The translations under genes were made by a program, and so were the position numbers. A stretch of 64,000 bases of DNA from Promethearchaeota archaeon. GTDB taxonomy: Archaea; Asgardarchaeota; Lokiarchaeia; Sigyniarchaeales; SOKP01. This document shows, piece after piece, positions 49,401-57,941 of the stretch; positions within the stretch are counted from its first letter, which is position 1, and each line of letters begins with the position of its first letter. Location: contig JBHLPW010000005.1 in the NCBI GenBank assembly GCA_048939015.1, positions 41,632-105,631 on the forward strand. The letters are read 5' to 3'. A model generated the notes under the pieces. That model made no database searches. It was not told the DNA's origin and worked only from the letters and a program-made list of their open reading frames with translations.

Positions 49401-51926
49401 TCACGAAAAGACAAAGCACGGGAGCTATTTGAGTCCATTGGAGTTGATGATAAGAATGCTGGAATCGACCTTACTAATATGGGTACTATTATTGACGATA
49501 GAGAGAAATTTATTCATGAACATTCAGAAGACTGGTTACTAACACTGAATAAATTAACAGTTATGGCAAACTTAGATGGATCGATGGGAAAAATCAATGA
49601 GAAAGTAGAAACAATGATATTCATAGGTAAATATTTCCAAAGTGCAAATGAATTAGAAGCAGCATTATCTAAATATGAAGAATGTTTAAAAAATGCTCAA
49701 ACAATTGGCAATCAAGAATTACAGGCTAAGAGTTTAACGCGTATCGGTAATGTGTTATTTTTTCAAGGAAAATATGAAGAATCACTAGATAACTATGAAA
49801 AATCTTTGAGAATCTTTGAAGAAATAAAGAAGGAAGAAGAAAGAATCGAACCCCTCAATTTTATTGGTCAAATATATGCTCAAAGGGGTGATTTAGAAAG
49901 GGCTTTCAAACGATTAAATGAGGCTATTGAAATAGATGCTACTGATAAGGAAATTATTGCACATAAAGCTGATTCTTTTGCGCGTTTAGGGGAATTATAT
50001 AAAAAGCAAAATAATTTTCTCGAAGCATATGACAATTTTTCTTTAGCATTGAAAATATATGAAGAATTAGACGAAAAGGAACAAATGCGAGCACCACTTC
50101 ATTATCATCTCGCCCTTTTAGATAAAAGTATTAATGATGTGGAAATGGCACTTATCAACTTTGAAGAAGCATTATCTATATATCAAGAAATTAACTTTCT
50201 CGATTATGTACCCAAGATTCAAGAAGAAATTAATATCTTAAAAACAAGGCTTTCTAATCCAGAAACCAAAGGAGAAGATAAAGCTAAACTTGCGTTTAAT
50301 TGTGCAAAATTATACTTATATGATGATGCCTTGGTGGCTTCAAATCAAGCGATTGAGATTTTTACTTCACTAGGAAAGTTGCCCGAAAAAGCACAGATAC
50401 TTCAACTTTCGGGAGAGATTAATGACGCCCTAGGTGAAATTGAAGAAGCTAAATACCTCTTAAATGAAGCTCTTATAATTTATAATCAAATCGTAAATAA
50501 TGATAAGATCGAACAAATAAAAGGTTTCTTAGACAAGATAAACGGACTTATGGCAGATCCTGAATATATGATTGAATATCTTAATAAAAAGGCCCAATCA
50601 CTCCTTAATGAGGGTAAAGAATCTGAAGCACTTCTAAAATATCACTATCTACTGAATTTTTATGATCAAGTAGAAGATTTACTAGGAAAGGCAACATGCC
50701 TCCGTAGTATAGCAGATATTCATTACAACAGACAAGAAAAGACTGAAGCTCTGGAAAATTATCTCGCATGTATAGAAATATTTGAGAAGATTAATAAAGA
50801 TACAGAAACTATTACTCCACTCACAAATGCTGGTTATATTTATGAACAACTATTCAAATATGAGAAGTCTTTGGAATGTCACCAAAAAGTTCTAAGTATA
50901 ACTCGAAAGGCAAATAATCTATTTGGATCAGGTGTAGCTTTAACAGAAATAGCACGAATTTTACAAATACAACAAAAGTTGGATAAAGCCCTAGATTTAT
51001 ATAAGGAATCCTTAGAAATTTTCGAAGAAATGAAAAATGACAATAATATAGCTTATATATTAAGTAGATTAGGTGTAATTTATGATACTCAAGGAAAATT
51101 TAATGATGCATTAGATGTATTGGAACAATCACGTGCTTTATATGAAGAGTTAGATAATAAACTTGCGCTAGGGGGAGTATATAATTCGTTGGCAAATATT
51201 TATGAAAGTTTGGGAAAGTTAGATGATGCTCTAACAAATTATAATAATGCCTTGAAAAACTCAGAAGAAGTCAATGATGTTGCTGGCAAAGCCGCATTAT
51301 TATTTAATATTGGCCTAATCTATAAATCAAAAGAAGAGTATACCACCGCATTAGAACATTATGATGAAGCAATGGCTATTGCTGAAGAACTTAATATCCC
51401 GCAATATAAAGCGCCCTTCTTTATGGGGATGGGAGAAATTGATAAAAAATTGGGTCATTTAGATACCGCTCTGGAAAAATTCAATAAAAGTTTAGAAATT
51501 TATGAACTTATAGGAGATTCTGAAGGAATTATTGAATCTTTCAATAGTATAGGAAAAATATTTTTGAAAAAAGGAAACTTAAATTCAGCAGAAGAATCAT
51601 TAAAAAAGGCATTTAAATTGGCTGAAAACATAGATAGTATCAAGAAGAAAGCATATTGTCGTAGTGCTATTGGAGATCTATATCGCTATCAAAACGAAAT
51701 TCAAAAAGCATTAGACATGTATCAAGAAGCATTGAATATTTTTGAACAACTCGAAATGAAAGACCCTATTGCTTCTACCCTTAGAAAAATCGGAAAAGGT
51801 TATTTCAAATTAGGTAATAAAACAAAATACAAGGAATGTATGCAAAAAGCAAGTGATTTATATGCAGAAATAGGATTAGAGAAAAAAGTGAAACATATCC
51901 AACAAGAGTTAAATTCTAATTCTTAA
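46419..51926 (+). CDS. SIR2-like domain protein with extensive TPR arrays (1835 aa)
   Basis: LVGAGIS, VVTTNFD, YKIHGS and VMGYSGSD SIR2_2 motifs in the first ~300 aa, followed by many 40-aa TPR repeats. Confidence 0.9.
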   Translation: MSDLELLEEYKGAFTDLIKSGKGYTYLVGAGISMDPPSSIPSAREIVRAMLELCAPMEEIDNLLSLRTLRYEMMIEKIKNTVDKDLHFLDYLELIDQPNYIHYYLANAVVKRHDYVVTTNFDFMIERALQNVIRAEKQNDILPVITREDFNTKYRPHDLFNEEKYPLYKIHGSKRDIITGKDTKESLITTMGALGKDREVQETFALETYKKQAVYNLMKDQTLIVMGYSGSDDFDIGPTLKTITYLDKLIWIEHSQDEKILKINKNLSGKKLESFSHSEQLLIEIATQADFDVYIIRINTSKFAKEILWQLLLSEISIPAIDITTKKEIPEFKGWVQDEFKDVNITEVRKYMISCSIYNELSLSNECYLNAEKGLELAKLAQDIDSQTFFLNYLGSNKLKKGELEEAENYFKESLKLSEELENPLKKAIALSNLGQLIMRKNELRLDFNPKEALETMLEALTLFDKQRDSIGKLACLNNIAEAYLWEGSYEQALQDLMTALTLVMDIGNLEIKATISNNVGWITSRILLEDSLKVSMEKFNDASNIREQMGDLSGLANCLRNIGDLNFNFYNYDQAYDYYTKELELRISLGDIKAEAMALLSIGWVYYRQGNLSKASNSFQKALEINRKLNDNLYIAYNTSSLGYITYLQGELNTSIDFFRESLQIYSDLKIKAKLKEIETYIDVLELIIKSLRTSKDQKDMLIDLLPLVVKDIEDIGEQQKVLETEVCKKKSPMDMLNQSLYFIYDGILYALRDDIQKAKEKIEGGLYSAYISGNMEDVFPLFKGIIDSGLLIRPLNLERTRFDYVYRDDNILSPEEAEWLHSSYSRNRLTVAHNLFEEAYMDSQIGNTQSAIEKFEEAREIYEEFDEIEFINTIDNYVTTIKMISGELDDSDESLNQQLFKQVKSTIDIGNKQATEEDLVGLKHNIKVASQMKDRLENLRHQDDTYNQLYNMLGDFIYNNEAKVADVDEEDISYKGTHEFTKVADDLVRQEASRKDKARELFESIGVDDKNAGIDLTNMGTIIDDREKFIHEHSEDWLLTLNKLTVMANLDGSMGKINEKVETMIFIGKYFQSANELEAALSKYEECLKNAQTIGNQELQAKSLTRIGNVLFFQGKYEESLDNYEKSLRIFEEIKKEEERIEPLNFIGQIYAQRGDLERAFKRLNEAIEIDATDKEIIAHKADSFARLGELYKKQNNFLEAYDNFSLALKIYEELDEKEQMRAPLHYHLALLDKSINDVEMALINFEEALSIYQEINFLDYVPKIQEEINILKTRLSNPETKGEDKAKLAFNCAKLYLYDDALVASNQAIEIFTSLGKLPEKAQILQLSGEINDALGEIEEAKYLLNEALIIYNQIVNNDKIEQIKGFLDKINGLMADPEYMIEYLNKKAQSLLNEGKESEALLKYHYLLNFYDQVEDLLGKATCLRSIADIHYNRQEKTEALENYLACIEIFEKINKDTETITPLTNAGYIYEQLFKYEKSLECHQKVLSITRKANNLFGSGVALTEIARILQIQQKLDKALDLYKESLEIFEEMKNDNNIAYILSRLGVIYDTQGKFNDALDVLEQSRALYEELDNKLALGGVYNSLANIYESLGKLDDALTNYNNALKNSEEVNDVAGKAALLFNIGLIYKSKEEYTTALEHYDEAMAIAEELNIPQYKAPFFMGMGEIDKKLGHLDTALEKFNKSLEIYELIGDSEGIIESFNSIGKIFLKKGNLNSAEESLKKAFKLAENIDSIKKKAYCRSAIGDLYRYQNEIQKALDMYQEALNIFEQLEMKDPIASTLRKIGKGYFKLGNKTKYKECMQKASDLYAEIGLEKKVKHIQQELNSNS

Positions 51927-52011
51927 TAGTCTCTTTTTTTTACAGTTTATTTTTTGTAATTATAGTAAGAAAATTCATAAAAAATTTAACAACACCTTTA
52001 TTTTACTTCTT

Positions 52012-52692
52012 ATGGCAATAAATAAAGAAGATCAACTTCGTTTAGAAGTTATTAAAGGAGCAAAAGCAATTTTTACTAAGGGATTAGTAGAAGCAGGAGA
52101 AGGTAATGTAAGTGTTAGAAACGGTAAAAAAGCAGAATTATTTATCACTCCTTCATTTAATCAATATGATACTCTCAAAAAAGAAGAGATTGTACAACTA
52201 AATTTTGAAGGAACTCCTTTAAGTGCAGGGAAATTACCTTCAACTGAAGCAAAGATGCATATTGCAATATATAAATCAAGACCAAAAGTTCAATCAGTAA
52301 TTCATACACATTCTCCTTTTGCGACTACCCTCTCAATTGTACGAAAAAGTATACCAGTTATAATGGAAGAGATGTATATTTTTTTAGGTGGGTCTGTTGA
52401 TGTTTCTGAGTTTGGGGAGGCTCATACAATAGAGATTGGAGATGTAGCACTAAAAGCTCTCGATATAAAGAATGCTGCGTTATTAGCTAACCATGGTGTT
52501 ATTGTTTGTGGAAAATCAGTAGACCATGCAGTTAAGTTTGCTGAATTAGTTGAAAAACTTGCTAAAATGTATTGGGGGGCTCTCCAAATAGGGGAACCAA
52601 ATATTATATCAAATGAACATTTAGATCGCTTTGAAAAACTTTTTAATAGCCTTTTTGCCAATTATCCACGCCATATGCGGAAGAGGGCATAA
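52012..52692 (+). CDS. Class II aldolase/adducin family protein (FucA-like)
   Basis: GEGNVSVR, PSTEAKMH, IHTHSPF, LANHG. Confidence 0.92.
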   Translation: MAINKEDQLRLEVIKGAKAIFTKGLVEAGEGNVSVRNGKKAELFITPSFNQYDTLKKEEIVQLNFEGTPLSAGKLPSTEAKMHIAIYKSRPKVQSVIHTHSPFATTLSIVRKSIPVIMEEMYIFLGGSVDVSEFGEAHTIEIGDVALKALDIKNAALLANHGVIVCGKSVDHAVKFAELVEKLAKMYWGALQIGEPNIISNEHLDRFEKLFNSLFANYPRHMRKRA

Positions 52693-52710
52693 ATAAAATA
52701 TAAAATTTAA

Positions 52711-53550
52711 GTGAAACACATGAATTTAGGTATAAGCAGCTTAGGACATCTTTTTGATTTAGCTAAAACACATGATTTTAAGGATCTTAAAGATTTACAA
52801 GTCAAGGCTTCAGAAAAATGCCTTAATTTCGCTGAGACACAAGGCATAGAAATTGTTGAATTAGTAATAGATCCTCCTGAAGTATTTGATAATGAAAACA
52901 AACAAAAATTTATTGACCTTATAAATTCATACAAGTTAAAAAAACAAGTTCACGGGCCTTATGTTGATTTGAGTTTATGCTCTTATAATGAACATATATC
53001 AAATGCTTCGATAGAATCCTGCAGAGAAACAGCAAATATGTGTTATCAAATTGACGCTAGAATAATGACGATTCATCCGGGCTATGCAAACTTTATGTTA
53101 AGCTCAATTCGAGAAATTAATAAAGCACAATTAAAAATATCTATTCATAGATTACTGGATTCAATAAATAATCAGAAATTGCAAATTTGTTTGGAAAACA
53201 TGCCTCGAGATGCCCATATTATGACTGATAGTAGCAATATTGAAGAAATATTTAGAACTATTAACCGGGATGATCTATTTTTCACTTATGATACAAGCCA
53301 TTATTACACTTGCAAGGGTGATGTGAATGATTTATGGGCAAAATATCACAATTTTATAAAAAATGTACATCTTGTAGACAATTTCTCGAGATTTTCTGAT
53401 ACACACCCTCCATTAGGCACGGGTAAGATTAACTTTAAAGAAATCATTGATATCCTTAAAAATTATGGTTATAATGGATCCTTAATTATCGAATTATGTT
53501 CTGCCAAATCATCAGGTCAAGGTATTAATTTAATTAATAAGTATTTATAA
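52711..53550 (+). CDS. Sugar phosphate isomerase/epimerase (xylose isomerase-like TIM barrel)
   Basis: VHGPY, IHPG, LENM, YDTSH, VHLVDN, HPPLGTGKINF, LIIE. Confidence 0.88.
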   Translation: MKHMNLGISSLGHLFDLAKTHDFKDLKDLQVKASEKCLNFAETQGIEIVELVIDPPEVFDNENKQKFIDLINSYKLKKQVHGPYVDLSLCSYNEHISNASIESCRETANMCYQIDARIMTIHPGYANFMLSSIREINKAQLKISIHRLLDSINNQKLQICLENMPRDAHIMTDSSNIEEIFRTINRDDLFFTYDTSHYYTCKGDVNDLWAKYHNFIKNVHLVDNFSRFSDTHPPLGTGKINFKEIIDILKNYGYNGSLIIELCSAKSSGQGINLINKYL

Positions 53551-53591
53551 TTAATTTATAATTTTAGAAAAAAATATCATAAAGATTTAAA

Positions 53592-53984
53592 ATGCCAATA
53601 ATATCTTTACAAATCAGTGATGATTTATTAGAAAGATTTGAGAAAGTTCGAAATCTAAGTGGATTTAGTTCAAAGAGTGAAGCCTTAAGAGGATCAATAA
53701 TTAACTTCATAGAAAAACATGAAGAATTTGAAAATCTCGAAGGTTATAAATTGATGACCGTGAGTTTAGTATATCCTTTTAAAGAAATTATTATTGATCA
53801 GATCACTGAATTATACTCACGATATCATCAAATTATAAAAACTGTTACAGATTGGCGTATTGCAGAAAAAAAAATTGAATTACTGCTGTTAGTAGGCGAA
53901 TTTGGGGCTATTAAAGATCTTTATAAAGAATTAGCTAAAATTAAGGATGTTATATGTTCCATCCGAGAAATTGTTATTGATTAG
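53592..53984 (+). CDS. NikR-like ribbon-helix-helix regulator lacking nickel ligands
   Basis: N-terminal IISLQISDDLLERFE...SKSEALR RHH domain and an ACT-like C-terminal domain. Confidence 0.8.
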   Translation: MPIISLQISDDLLERFEKVRNLSGFSSKSEALRGSIINFIEKHEEFENLEGYKLMTVSLVYPFKEIIIDQITELYSRYHQIIKTVTDWRIAEKKIELLLLVGEFGAIKDLYKELAKIKDVICSIREIVID

Positions 53985-53987
53985 GAT

Positions 53988-54842
53988 CTAATCAAAACGT
54001 AACGAAAAATCTACCAATTCAGAAGGAAATTGAGTTATTGCACTTGAACTTATTATATCCGGTTCTGAGAGTAGATAATCCATGAAATTTTCTTGAGATA
54101 TACCCCCTGAAACCTCGACTATAACATCATCTCTAAGATTGTGATTCTTTAATAAATTAATAGCGTCCTCTACTTGATCTGGCCCCATGTTATCTAACAT
54201 AATGATATCGGCTCCAAATTTTGCAGCTATTAATACATCATCTACTTTTTCAATTTCTATCTCAATTTTTTTTGAAAAACTATTTACTTTTTTTGCTGCT
54301 TTTAATAATTTTTCAATATCTCCGTTGTAATATCTCAAATGAGTATCCTTTAATAATACCATATCATCAAGGGAAAATCTATGTGCATCTGCTTGTCCTA
54401 TTTCTGCTGCTTTTTTCTCAAAAATACGAATACCGGGAGTAGTTTTTCTGGTGCAGGCAATTTTAACTTTTTTTCCAGAATTTTCTATTAATTTAACATA
54501 CTTTCTCGCAGTTGTTGTGATTGCACTCATATGAGTAATCAAGTTTAACCCAACCCTCTCTCCCAATAGAATATCTCTAGTGTTACCTCTCAATTCTACA
54601 ATAATATCTCCTTTACTCACTTCGGCGCCATCCTCAATTTTAAATGTTGTAGAAATATTTAATAACATATATAGTATTTTTAATTCCTCTAGTCCTGAAA
54701 TATATCCAGCACTCTTTGCTAAAATTTTTGCTGAAGAGTGAGCCTTTTCTGGTATAACTTTTGAGCTTACATCAATAAACATACAATCTTCCTGCAAAAA
54801 CTCTCTTATTTTTTTCTCAATCAAAATCTTATTATAACTCAT
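53988..54842 (-). CDS. nadC: Quinolinate phosphoribosyltransferase (decarboxylating)
   Basis: GERVGLN, CTRKTTPG, HRFSLDDMVLLKDTH, IMLDNM, EVSGGI. Confidence 0.93.
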   Translation of the reverse strand: MSYNKILIEKKIREFLQEDCMFIDVSSKVIPEKAHSSAKILAKSAGYISGLEELKILYMLLNISTTFKIEDGAEVSKGDIIVELRGNTRDILLGERVGLNLITHMSAITTTARKYVKLIENSGKKVKIACTRKTTPGIRIFEKKAAEIGQADAHRFSLDDMVLLKDTHLRYYNGDIEKLLKAAKKVNSFSKKIEIEIEKVDDVLIAAKFGADIIMLDNMGPDQVEDAINLLKNHNLRDDVIVEVSGGISQENFMDYLLSEPDIISSSAITQFPSELVDFSLRFD

Positions 54843-54898
54843 TTTTCGCACAATTCTGTATAGTATTATTATTATAGTTTAAAAATTAAATAAAAATT

Positions 54899-55537
54899 AT
54901 GGTAGGAAAAGAATTACTATTTATCAGAAACAACGAGATTGAATTAGAAGCTGAATATTTTCAATCTAAAGGCAATCCAAAGAGTCCAGTAGTTCTAATT
55001 TGTCACCCTCATCCTCAATATGGTGGGAATATGCATAATAATGTCGTGTCTGGAGTCTATAATAAATTAATTAAAAACGATATTCCATGTTTAAGGTTTA
55101 ACTTCAGAGGAGTTGGAAAGTCAACTGGAAATCATTCTGATGGAATTGGAGAATTGAATGATGTTAAAGTATGTGTTGATTTTTTAATAGATGAGAAAAA
55201 TCATGAAAGAATAATAATATGTGGTTATTCTTATGGAGCGGCGATAGGGTGTTCAGCAATTAACCATACAGATAATATTATTGGATATATAGCTATATCA
55301 TTTCCATTTGACTTTGTAGGACCGAAGTACAGAGCTCTCTCTCAATCTAATAAACCAAAATTATTTATACAAGGTGATCAGGATACTATTGCTTCTTATG
55401 AAAGATTTCAGAATAATTATAATTTTTATAATGTTCCAAAGAAAAAAGAAATTATTAATGGAGCTGACCATTTTTATTGGAATTATGAAGAACAAGTAGC
55501 AGAAAAAGTATTTGAATTTTATAACGATTTTGATTAA
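54899..55537 (+). CDS. Alpha/beta hydrolase
   Basis: HPHPQYGGNM, RFNFRGVG, GYSYG nucleophile elbow, GDQD, GADHF. Confidence 0.92.
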   Translation: MVGKELLFIRNNEIELEAEYFQSKGNPKSPVVLICHPHPQYGGNMHNNVVSGVYNKLIKNDIPCLRFNFRGVGKSTGNHSDGIGELNDVKVCVDFLIDEKNHERIIICGYSYGAAIGCSAINHTDNIIGYIAISFPFDFVGPKYRALSQSNKPKLFIQGDQDTIASYERFQNNYNFYNVPKKKEIINGADHFYWNYEEQVAEKVFEFYNDFD

Positions 55538-55646
55538 AAAATCTCTATGAGGAGATCTCTAACATAGGTAATTAATCGTCCTCTAGGTTTAATTATTAAT
55601 TTTAAATTAACAAAAAAAGAAAAAGTAAGAGAAATATAATCATAAA

Positions 55647-56045
55647 CTATAAACTTGAAAGTTTTTCTAAATCTGCTTGTGAATTTTCAACAGCCCAATC
55701 AAGGAGTTGATCCAGATAACGTTCTACATCATCACTATCGGGAGATTTTGTTAATACGGCTAGAAGAAATTGGTTTTTATTATCTGGCATGATAATATTT
55801 CGCATAAGTATATAATCCCTTCGATATTTGATCTTCATGCTCAAAATTTCAGATAATGCTAGTTCCTCCGCTGCTTTATATGCAGAATCACTTAATAATG
55901 AACCCATTGCAGCTATAACACGTTCATCGATTTTCTCTTCTTTTTGGGATGCTAAAACTAATCCTGTCGATGTTGCAAAAAGTGATGCTCGAAAATTACC
56001 ATTCTCATTAAGTTCTTTAAGTACTAATTCAAGTCTACTTACCAA
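55647..56045 (-). CDS. Roadblock/LC7-domain protein
   Basis: Helix-strand-strand pattern (ASLFATSTGLVLAS) followed by IAAMGSLL; 132 aa; TTG start. Confidence 0.8.
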   Translation of the reverse strand: MVSRLELVLKELNENGNFRASLFATSTGLVLASQKEEKIDERVIAAMGSLLSDSAYKAAEELALSEILSMKIKYRRDYILMRNIIMPDNKNQFLLAVLTKSPDSDDVERYLDQLLDWAVENSQADLEKLSSL

Positions 56046-56263
56046 ATCTACACACTCTCTTTACAGATTATTTTGATACTAACTTAAGTAAAAAAAAAAT
56101 ATATTGTTGTAAATTATATTTATATAATACTCATTACATGAGTAATTTAATATTTAAAATTATTCAATCTTATTAGTAAATATTGTAAAGATACCTAAAA
56201 ATAACAATCTGAAGAATTTTAGTTAGTAGATTTAACTAAGACAATTGAAAATTTCACCAGTTT

Positions 56264-56782
56264 TTAAAGTTTAAGATTAATAATAAAGGTTGATAAAATA
56301 TCATTCTCATCAATTTTTAATGTAATTACGCTTGGTCGTGCTATAGGCTTCTTAAAACCAGGTTTTTCAAGCGGAGCTTTTGGCATTGTTGGAGAACCCG
56401 GATTTAAAAGAAGCACGTTGAAATCTGTACCTTTAATTAGAGGTTGGTGAGAATGCCCGAAAATTAAAATCTGGATATCATTCTTCTTAGTAAATTCTTC
56501 AAGATTTTCTGGTAGTATATGGATTACACCTATGTTGTATCGTCCAACAGAAAATTTTGTAAACTTGTCTAAATTTTTGATTTGGTCTAGATTTCCTTGA
56601 ACACATCTTGTGTGAGCAATCTCCTTGATCATATCTAAAAAAAAATCCTCACATATATCTCCTGCATGTATAATCTCATCGACATCGTTAAATACATTTT
56701 TAAGTTGTTTAATCAAAGTCTCAATTTTCTCTTCATCATATTCCGTGGTTATATGTGTATCAGATATAATGCCCAATTTCAA
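56264..56782 (-). CDS. YfcE/MJ0936 (Vps29-like) metallophosphoesterase
   Basis: ISDTH, HAGD, GNLD, GHSH, NPGS. Confidence 0.92.
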   Translation of the reverse strand: MKLGIISDTHITTEYDEEKIETLIKQLKNVFNDVDEIIHAGDICEDFFLDMIKEIAHTRCVQGNLDQIKNLDKFTKFSVGRYNIGVIHILPENLEEFTKKNDIQILIFGHSHQPLIKGTDFNVLLLNPGSPTMPKAPLEKPGFKKPIARPSVITLKIDENDILSTFIINLKL

Positions 56783-56796
56783 TGAATAAAACCTCT

Positions 56797-57870
56797 CTAT
56801 ACCGCGATTATAAAACCTACGATAAAAATAAGAAATCCCATAATAATATCAATAAATACTCGAAAAATAGCATCACCTTTAGTTTTTTCAATCGATTGGT
56901 CTTTCTTAAAATATTCACTCAGCATTTTTAATCCAGTTGAAACACCTTCTTTAATTAAGGGAAAAAACCATACTAGCAAACAAAACCCAATTATGAGTAA
57001 TGGGAAATATACATATATAGCTAGTAGTGTAAAACTAATGCCCTGAAAAAAACTCCAAACTACATGTGCCGAGATAATATTATTTATCGCGTGAGCAATT
57101 ATTACAGGAAAGAGCCACTTTCGTCTTACTACTATTAAAGAAAGAATTATCCCAATTACAAACGCTTGTAAAAACCACAATAATGGATACCAAATAGGAT
57201 ACACTCTACTTATTGGATCAAGGAAATATGCAAAATGTCCTAATCCCCAATAAAGTGTTGATATTATTACTGCGGATATACTAAAAAAATGTTCACTTCC
57301 TCTTTTTGTTAATAAACCTCTTGAAATACTTTCTTCAGCAATTGCCACTGAAAACTGAATTATTATTGCTGAAATCAAGAATACATTATATACACTTGAT
57401 AATAAATAAGCGTTTGTTGAATTAAAAGCAAGGCTAAAAGATTGATATTCAATCATTTTGGGTATTAATAAATAATTGAAAAAATCAATTGGTAAAAAAA
57501 CTAAGAAGAAAATCAAGATCCCATAAAGAAGCTGATATTTATAATTCTTTTTGGTCATTTTATATAATCTCAAATGTCCAATTGCAGGTGAGACATCTTC
57601 TCTAATTATTAAATTTCGTTTTTGAGATTCAAATATTAAATTAGATAGTGGATATATTAGTGGAATACCAAGCATTACGAATAATGCTCTTATTGAGTAA
57701 AAAAGTATACCATAAATAGGAGTTCCCTCCTCTACTATTAATGGGATTAAGAAAATAGGTATAAGTAAAAATATAAATATTAAAATAAAAGCCCAAACAA
57801 TTTCTTGATAAAAAAATCGAAATCTTTTAAGGGCTATTTCTTTCTTTCTATTGGTATTTAATCTTACCAT
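56797..57870 (-). CDS. CPBP (CAAX/Abi) intramembrane glutamic endopeptidase
   Basis: EExxxR (AEESISRG), WGLGH, HAINN; multiple TM segments. Confidence 0.88.
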   Translation of the reverse strand: MVRLNTNRKKEIALKRFRFFYQEIVWAFILIFIFLLIPIFLIPLIVEEGTPIYGILFYSIRALFVMLGIPLIYPLSNLIFESQKRNLIIREDVSPAIGHLRLYKMTKKNYKYQLLYGILIFFLVFLPIDFFNYLLIPKMIEYQSFSLAFNSTNAYLLSSVYNVFLISAIIIQFSVAIAEESISRGLLTKRGSEHFFSISAVIISTLYWGLGHFAYFLDPISRVYPIWYPLLWFLQAFVIGIILSLIVVRRKWLFPVIIAHAINNIISAHVVWSFFQGISFTLLAIYVYFPLLIIGFCLLVWFFPLIKEGVSTGLKMLSEYFKKDQSIEKTKGDAIFRVFIDIIMGFLIFIVGFIIAV

Positions 57871-57941
57871 TCCTAATCATTTAATCTAAATGGATAAAAA
57901 ATTATTGAATTATAAAATTATAAATTTTGTTATTTAACAAT

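Noticed and set aside
24398-51926. SIR2 + HerA as a Sir2-HerA (Nezha-type) defence system
   Set aside because: The genes are about 20 kb apart with housekeeping genes between them, and the SIR2 protein has a TPR architecture unlike Sir2-HerA partners
46419-54842. Functional link between the SIR2 protein and nearby nadC (NAD replenishment)
   Set aside because: Opposite strands with three genes in between; proximity alone is not evidence
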